This document shows, piece after piece, positions 39,177 through 44,985 of a DNA stretch of 44,985 bases. The stretch spans positions 1 to 44,985 of the forward strand of contig DAIQNP010000001.1 of assembly GCA_036788335.1 (NCBI GenBank), read 5' to 3'. How positions within the stretch are numbered: position 1 is the first letter of the stretch; each line of letters begins with the position of its first letter. A program made the position numbers and the translations under genes. The notes beneath the pieces were generated by a model, which saw nothing but the letters and a program-made list of their open reading frames with translations, had not been told where the DNA came from and made no database searches. The DNA comes from Erythrobacter sp. (GTDB taxonomy: Bacteria; Pseudomonadota; Alphaproteobacteria; Sphingomonadales; Sphingomonadaceae).

Positions 39177-41524
39177 GGCTGGCCCTGCCGTCTCTTCCTG
39201 CGGGCAGCATTCTGCTTAGGAGCTTCGCCGGGGTGCGATTCGGTTCGCTGCGGCTGCGCATCGCGGTGCTTTATGCCGGGCTGTTCGCGGCGGTGCTGGC
39301 GCTGGTGGTGTCGATCGCAGGCGGCGGGCTGACCCGCTTTGCCGAAGCCAGTGCGGCGCGCGACCTTGCTGCCAATGCCCGCGTGTTCGATGAGATCCTC
39401 GCGGTGCGTGCCGGGCAGATGAGCGATCAGGCCGGCGTGCTGGCGCGCGATTTCGGGTTCCGCGAAGCGGTTGCCACCGCCGACGCGCCGACCATCGCCA
39501 GCGCGCTTGCCAGTCTCGAAACCCGAGTGCGCAGCGATGCAGCTTTCGTGCTCACGCTGGAGGGCGAAGTGCTAGGGGCCAGTGACACCGGCACCGGCAC
39601 CGCTATTGCGCAGCCCGAAGCGCTCTGGGCGCGGCTCGATGCAGGCGGAACGCGCGGGATCATCGCCGCGCGCGACGGCCTCGCGCTAGCGGCGGCGGCC
39701 CCGATCGAGGCGCCTGACCTGATCGGCTGGCTCGTGATCGCCCAGCCGCTCGACCGGGCGGAGCTGGACCGGCTGGTGGATTTGGCCCCGATCGCGCTTG
39801 AAGCACAGGTGGATGATGCGACGCGGCAGCCCGGCTGGCTGCGCTCGGCCACGACGAACGCGGTGTTCGAACGCGAGGAGCAGGAACGTATCCTCTATTA
39901 TGTCTCCGAACTTGCGGTGTTGCAGGACGGGATCGCCCCGCGGCTGGTGCTGCGCCATTCGCTGACCACATCGCTGGCTGCCTATACCAGCTTGCGATGG
40001 TTGCTGGCCGCGCTGGCGGTCGGTGGGATCATGCTGGTGCTGGGACTAAGCTGGCGTGTGGCCCGCAGCGTGACCGAGCCGTTGCAGCAACTGGACGAGG
40101 CCACCCGCCTGATCGGCGAAGGTCGCGAAGTCGCACTCAATATCGGAACGGACGACGAGATCGGGCGGCTGGCCAGCAGCTTCACCCGCATGGTCTCGGC
40201 GATTGCGGAGCGCGAACGCCAGATCATTCATGTCGGCCTGCACGACAGCCTGACCGGCTTGCCCAATCGCAAGCTGTTTACCGAACAGCTTGCCAACGTC
40301 CTCGCCCGCCGCCGCGATGGCGAGCAGGTGATGATCGCCTATGTCGATCTCGACGACTTCAAGATGGTCAACGACACGCTCGGTCACCCGGCGGGGGATA
40401 CCCTGCTGCGGATGGTGGCCGATCATCTGCGCGAAGATCATCCCGATGCGCTGATTGCGCGACTGGGCGGGGACGAATTCGCAATTCTGATCGACGGCGT
40501 GACCGAAGGCGCGAGCCTGGGCGGATTGGCTGACGGGTTGCAGCGCAGCTTCGACCGGCCGCTCACCATCAACGGCCAGCACGCGCCGTGCAGCGCCAGC
40601 ATCGGAATCGCGCTGGCACCGTGTGACGGGCAGGATGGCATCACGCTGATGAAGAATGCCGACCTTGCACTTTACCGCGCCAAGCACGAGGGCAAGGCGA
40701 CCTACCACTTCTTCGAACCCGCGCTCGACGAAGCCGCGCGGCAGCGGCGGCAGCTCGAAATCGACCTGCGCAGCGCGATCCGCGACGGCGAGTTCGAACT
40801 CTACTTCCAGCCGCTCTACAGTGTCGCCGAAAAGCGCGTGACCGAGTTCGAAGCGCTGATCCGCTGGAATCATCCCACTCGCGGGCGGGTTCACCCGGCC
40901 GAGTTCATTGCGCTGTCGGAGGAAACCGGGCTGATCATCCCGATCGGCGAATGGGTGATCCGCGAGGCCTGTCACCACGCCACCACCTGGCCCGAGGATG
41001 TTTCAGTCGCGGTCAATATCTCAGCCAAGCAATTCGCCGCCACCGGGCTGGCCAGCACCATCCTGCAAGCCCTTTCGGCCAGCGGCCTTGCGCCGCAGCG
41101 GCTCGAACTGGAGATCACCGAAAGCATCTTCATCGCCGATATCGATGCCACACTGGCGACCTTGCACGGGCTGCGCAATCTCGGCGTCAGGATCGCGCTC
41201 GACGATTTCGGGACGGGCTATTCGTCACTCAGCTACTTGCGCTCCTTCCCGTTCGACAAAGTCAAGATCGACCGCAGCTTCGTTCGGGACCTCGGCACCA
41301 GCAGCAACGGCCACGCGATCATCCGCGCGATTACGACGCTGGCCGATGCGCTGGGGATGGAGACACTGGCCGAAGGGGTGGAGGACATCGCCCAGTACGA
41401 AGTGCTCGAACGCGAAGGCTGCCGCCATATTCAGGGGTTCCTGTTCTCGCGCCCGGTTGCGGCCGGCGCGGTCGCCGGCCTGCTGCGCGACGGCGCGGGG
41501 TATCAGCGGCAAATCGCCGGGTGA
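39173..41524 (+). CDS. Membrane diguanylate cyclase/phosphodiesterase (TM-Cache-like-TM-HAMP-GGDEF-EAL)
   Basis: Two TM segments, HAMP (PLQQL...DEIGRLASSF), DSLTGLPNR, RLGGDEF, FEALIRW, DDFGTGYSSL, AEGVE, QGFLFSRP. Confidence 0.93.
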   Translation: MRLALPSLPAGSILLRSFAGVRFGSLRLRIAVLYAGLFAAVLALVVSIAGGGLTRFAEASAARDLAANARVFDEILAVRAGQMSDQAGVLARDFGFREAVATADAPTIASALASLETRVRSDAAFVLTLEGEVLGASDTGTGTAIAQPEALWARLDAGGTRGIIAARDGLALAAAAPIEAPDLIGWLVIAQPLDRAELDRLVDLAPIALEAQVDDATRQPGWLRSATTNAVFEREEQERILYYVSELAVLQDGIAPRLVLRHSLTTSLAAYTSLRWLLAALAVGGIMLVLGLSWRVARSVTEPLQQLDEATRLIGEGREVALNIGTDDEIGRLASSFTRMVSAIAERERQIIHVGLHDSLTGLPNRKLFTEQLANVLARRRDGEQVMIAYVDLDDFKMVNDTLGHPAGDTLLRMVADHLREDHPDALIARLGGDEFAILIDGVTEGASLGGLADGLQRSFDRPLTINGQHAPCSASIGIALAPCDGQDGITLMKNADLALYRAKHEGKATYHFFEPALDEAARQRRQLEIDLRSAIRDGEFELYFQPLYSVAEKRVTEFEALIRWNHPTRGRVHPAEFIALSEETGLIIPIGEWVIREACHHATTWPEDVSVAVNISAKQFAATGLASTILQALSASGLAPQRLELEITESIFIADIDATLATLHGLRNLGVRIALDDFGTGYSSLSYLRSFPFDKVKIDRSFVRDLGTSSNGHAIIRAITTLADALGMETLAEGVEDIAQYEVLEREGCRHIQGFLFSRPVAAGAVAGLLRDGAGYQRQIAG

Positions 41525-41539
41525 GCCGGCAAGACGCGA

Positions 41540-42400
41540 TCAGACATCAGGCTGTCGCCGTTCCAGCCACGGCTTGAACGGAAACAGCCACTGCTCCCTG
41601 ATCGACAGGCGCTTGCGGTCGTCCTGCCCGACGACTTCGGATTCGCCCTCGCGATAAGTGCCGAACACCCGGTCCCACAGGATCACGCTGTTGCCGTAAT
41701 TGCAGCGCGTGTCCTCGTAACTGAGCGCGGTATGGTGCAAGCTGTGATTGCGAATGGTGGTGAAAAGGAAGCCGTACCAGATCGGCGGATCGGCGCGGAC
41801 ATTGGCATGGGCATAGATCGCGATCGCGCCGCTCGCGGTGAAGGCCGCAAACAACGCGTTGAGATCGACATCGAGCAGCGCAATCACACCAAGGCTGATC
41901 AGGAACAGTTCGATCGGATTGCCGATGAAGCCCTTCATCGCGTTCAGCTGCGTGATATGGTGGTGCGGCGCATGGGTCAGCCACAGTGGCGTCCAGTTGT
42001 GCATTGCGCGGTGCATCCAGTACTGGCCGAATTCGAACACCAGCATCACGATCAGCACCTGCACCAGGAACGGCAGCGCAGTCAGCCACGGAGTCGCAAT
42101 CCCCCATTGGGCCTTCAACTCGCCGAGCGGGCCATTGACCAGAGTGTCGCTCAGGAATCCGATCACCCCGAAGCCGAACACGACATAGAAGATATCGGTC
42201 GCCAGTTCGCGCCCGTCGATCCGCCAGCCTTCATGCCGTTCGAACACCAGTTCCATCAGCTGGACAAAGACAATGGTGGCCAGCCCGACAAGTATAATGG
42301 TCCAGGGCGCCTCCACCCAGGCCGCCGGGGCAAAGGCCCAGAAGGCGAGGATCGCCGCAACCGTCGCGGGCGGCAGCAGGTTGACGAGGCTCTGCTTCAC
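41540..42400 (-). CDS. Sterol desaturase/fatty acid hydroxylase family membrane enzyme
   Basis: His boxes HRAMH, HAPHH, HAN, HSLHH; NYG...WDRVFGT. Confidence 0.88.
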   Translation of the reverse strand: MKQSLVNLLPPATVAAILAFWAFAPAAWVEAPWTIILVGLATIVFVQLMELVFERHEGWRIDGRELATDIFYVVFGFGVIGFLSDTLVNGPLGELKAQWGIATPWLTALPFLVQVLIVMLVFEFGQYWMHRAMHNWTPLWLTHAPHHHITQLNAMKGFIGNPIELFLISLGVIALLDVDLNALFAAFTASGAIAIYAHANVRADPPIWYGFLFTTIRNHSLHHTALSYEDTRCNYGNSVILWDRVFGTYREGESEVVGQDDRKRLSIREQWLFPFKPWLERRQPDV

Positions 42401-42520
42401 TGGTCGTCCCCTGCCTGATGGCTCGTGCCAGCGCCCTTACCGGGCGGTTCAGCGCTCAGAAATACGCTATCTTGCGCAGTCGGTCGAGATGCCGGGACAG
42501 GGCGGGTCCGAACGCCCGCC

Positions 42521-43651
42521 TCAGCCCCACAATTGCGTGGCGATCATCGGCAAGGCTGCGGTGTAGCGTGCCACATCCTCCAGCTTGCCCGTGCTGACCC
42601 GTGACCAGCCGTTGAGCGTGCCGTAAGCGCCCCTGATCGAGATCCCCTGTGCGTTCATGGCATCGCGCAGGGCATTGGCATCTGGCACCGCGACGAACAC
42701 GAAATTGGTCTGCGAAGGCAGCGCGGTCAGCCCCGCCTTGGCCACCGCATCGTTGATCATCTGCCGCCCTTCGAGCACCGCGGCGCGCGACTGATCGAGG
42801 AAGGGTGTATCGTTGAAGCTGGCGATCGCTGCGGCGAGCCCGCCGAGATTGCCGCCGAAGCTCATCTGGTGCGAACGGATCATTTTGGCGTTTTCTTCGC
42901 TGGTGATGGCATAGCCGACCCGCAGCCCCGCCATGCCGTAGATCTTGGAGAAGGTGCGGCACACGATCACATCAGCCCCGGCGCGCACCAGATCGATCAT
43001 CGAATTGTCTTCGGGCCGGTCAGTGAGTTCGTTGTAGGCCTCGTCCACCAGCACCGTTGCCTTGGGGGCGACCTTGGTGACGAACGCCCTGAGATCGGCA
43101 GCAGGGATCAGGACGCCGGTGGGATTGTTGGGGTTGCAGACCTGCACCATCGACACGCGCTCGTCCAATGTCGCGGCCATCGCATCGAGGTCGACGTTCA
43201 TGTCGGCGGTCAGCGGCACGCGGATCGACTGCACGCCCTGGCGCTCGCCGTAGAGCACCGTGGTATCCCAGAACAGGTCGGGGCACAGGATCGCGCCCTT
43301 GCGGCCCCATGCCAGCGCGGCGGCGCACAGCACCTCGGTCGAGCCTTCGCCGATCACCACTTGCGTCGGCGACACCCCGAACCGCTCGGCGATCATCGCG
43401 GTCAGCTTGGCGTGGCCGCGATCATTGTAATAGCAGCCCATCTTGGCGTTTTCGGCGATCGCCCGCAGCGCGCTGGGGGCCGGACCATAGGGGTTCTCGT
43501 TGCGGCTCAGCAGGGCCTGGCCGATCTTCGGGCCGAAGTCGGCTTCGACCACAGCGGACTGGGTCGCGGCGCTCAGGCTGCGGAGCGGGAGCGCGCCGAG
43601 CCCGGTGGCAAGTCCGGCTCCGGCGAGAAATGAACGGCGGTCGGTCGACAT
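42521..43651 (-). CDS. Class I/II PLP aminotransferase (HisC-like) with Tat signal peptide
   Basis: MSTDRRSFL twin-arginine motif, NENPYGP, CNPNNPTG, VDEAY, RTFSKIYGMAGLRVGY. Confidence 0.88.
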   Translation of the reverse strand: MSTDRRSFLAGAGLATGLGALPLRSLSAATQSAVVEADFGPKIGQALLSRNENPYGPAPSALRAIAENAKMGCYYNDRGHAKLTAMIAERFGVSPTQVVIGEGSTEVLCAAALAWGRKGAILCPDLFWDTTVLYGERQGVQSIRVPLTADMNVDLDAMAATLDERVSMVQVCNPNNPTGVLIPAADLRAFVTKVAPKATVLVDEAYNELTDRPEDNSMIDLVRAGADVIVCRTFSKIYGMAGLRVGYAITSEENAKMIRSHQMSFGGNLGGLAAAIASFNDTPFLDQSRAAVLEGRQMINDAVAKAGLTALPSQTNFVFVAVPDANALRDAMNAQGISIRGAYGTLNGWSRVSTGKLEDVARYTAALPMIATQLWG

Positions 43652-43682
43652 GGGGCAGGTCCTTTGGTTGGAGTTGCACAAT

Positions 43683-44501
43683 TCAGAAACGCGTGATCAT
43701 CACCAGTCCGATAAATGCCAGATAAAGCCCGAAGAATATCCGCAGGATGCCTGCTGGAAGATAATGCGCGGCGGCCACGCCATAGGGAGCGAACCATACC
43801 GAGGTGGCGATCAGGGTCGCCGCGGCCGGCAGGTTGACGTAGCCGAGCGATCCCCAGCCCACGCCCGGCTCGCCGTAACCGATGATCATGAAGCCGATCG
43901 TGGCCGGCAGGGCGATCACCGCTCCCATTCCCGCTGCGGTGCCGATCGCGCGGTGGATCGGTGCGCCGCAGACCGTCATCGTGACCGTCGTCAAGGTGCC
44001 GCCGCCGATCCCGAGCAGGGTGGAGAACACCCCCAATGCGCTGGCGATGCCTGCGCGCGGCAGGCCGGTGGGCAGCGCGCTGAAGATCGGCGCACCTTTG
44101 CGCGCAGGCATCAGGAAATAGACCGCGAAGCCCAGCACCCCGGTACCGAAGATCAGCGCCAGCTGCCGGCTCGACACGAAGCCCGCCACCATCGTGCCCA
44201 CAGCGGTGCCCATCATCACCCAGATCGCCCAACTGCGCAGCAGCTCGAAATCGACAGCGTCGCGCTTGGCATGGCTGTGGGTCGAGCGCAGCGAAGTGAA
44301 GATGATCGATGCCAGCGACGTGCCGACCGAAACATGGGCGATCTCGTCGAACGAAACGTCGACCAGCGGCAACAGGAACATCAGCGCCGGAACCACCACG
44401 AAGCCGCCACCAATGCCGAACAGGCCACCGGCGAAGCCCGCGGCGGCACCAGCAAGAAGCAGAGCTGGGATAGCAACATAAAGCGTAGAGAGGTCACTCA
44501 C
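43683..44501 (-). CDS. TauE/SafE (TSUP) family membrane transporter
   Basis: GLFGIGGGFVVVP, GTSLA, LLGIGGG, AIGTAA; start uncertain. Confidence 0.88.
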   Translation of the reverse strand: MSDLSTLYVAIPALLLAGAAAGFAGGLFGIGGGFVVVPALMFLLPLVDVSFDEIAHVSVGTSLASIIFTSLRSTHSHAKRDAVDFELLRSWAIWVMMGTAVGTMVAGFVSSRQLALIFGTGVLGFAVYFLMPARKGAPIFSALPTGLPRAGIASALGVFSTLLGIGGGTLTTVTMTVCGAPIHRAIGTAAGMGAVIALPATIGFMIIGYGEPGVGWGSLGYVNLPAAATLIATSVWFAPYGVAAAHYLPAGILRIFFGLYLAFIGLVMITRF

Positions 44502-44596
44502 CCGCCAAATTGATACCCGGATCGACGGATTCGCCAAGCAGTTTGTTGCGCCGCACAAGTGCAAGCAGTTGCATCCTCGCCATTCTAACCCATGTT

Positions 44597-44985
44597 TTGT
44601 TAGAAAATTTCAAGGCGCAACCCGCCCCGCAATTGCAGACGATCCTGCAAACATTGGTCCCCTCGTTCAACCAGCAGCGCAACCTGCTCGGCGATGCCTC
44701 GGCCTTTGTTCGCCCGCCGACGCTGCGCGGCCTTCCCGCTGACCAGATCCTGGTCCTTATCAATGGCAAGCGCATGCACCGCTCGGCGCTGGTGCAGGTG
44801 GCTGGCGGCGCGCTCAACGCCGGGGCACAGGGCGCGGATCTGTCGCAGATCTCCAGCCCGGCAGTGGGACGGGTCGAAGTCCTGCGTGACGGCGCAGCGG
44901 CGCAATATGGTTCCGACGCCATTGCCGGCGTGATCAATATCGGCCTGCGGCGGGACACGGGTTACGAGGTGACCGCGCGCTACGG
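44597..44985 (+). CDS. TonB-dependent receptor plug region, apparently 5'-truncated (possible pseudogene); runs off window
   Basis: Manual translation LVPSFN...LRGLPADQILVLINGKRMH...RVEVLRDGAAAQYGSDAIAGVINI; no signal peptide or TonB box upstream in frame. Confidence 0.75.
   Translation, partial: MLENFKAQPAPQLQTILQTLVPSFNQQRNLLGDASAFVRPPTLRGLPADQILVLINGKRMHRSALVQVAGGALNAGAQGADLSQISSPAVGRVEVLRDGAAAQYGSDAIAGVINIGLRRDTGYEVTARY

Noticed and set aside
42521..43651. Calling the aminotransferase hisC
   Set aside because: Tat leader and non-his context argue against histidine biosynthesis

Overview
High-GC alphaproteobacterial chromosomal segment; gene content and intergenic repeats fit Sphingomonadales, probably Erythrobacteraceae. 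It is densely coding, with about 46 genes and no recognisable rRNA, tRNA, CRISPR array, transposase or prophage. Much of it is housekeeping (rnd, ung, rpe, purH, msrA, Zur-like regulator, pabB-pabC fusion, RluA-family synthase, arfB, rpmG, lolA, phoA, xth, ribA, ppk2, phhA, uppP, M13 peptidase, ABC exporter, phaZ). Standouts: (1) a divergent four-gene module of truncated globin, DUF3034 putative outer-membrane barrel, exported type-1 copper cupredoxin and membrane Cache-HAMP-GGDEF-EAL protein, a candidate envelope redox/gas-sensing c-di-GMP system; (2) a lipid kinase coupled to a Tam41-like cytidylyltransferase, a likely phospho-sphingolipid head-group pair; (3) an operon with mesaconyl-CoA transferase-like and mesaconyl/itaconyl-CoA hydratase-like enzymes; (4) a Tat-exported PLP aminotransferase with a TauE transporter facing a 5'-truncated TonB-dependent receptor; (5) a structured sRNA candidate after lolA, a two-copy dispersed element with a promoter-like end, and nested REP-like palindromes. 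All family calls are from motif recognition by eye; no database searches were run.
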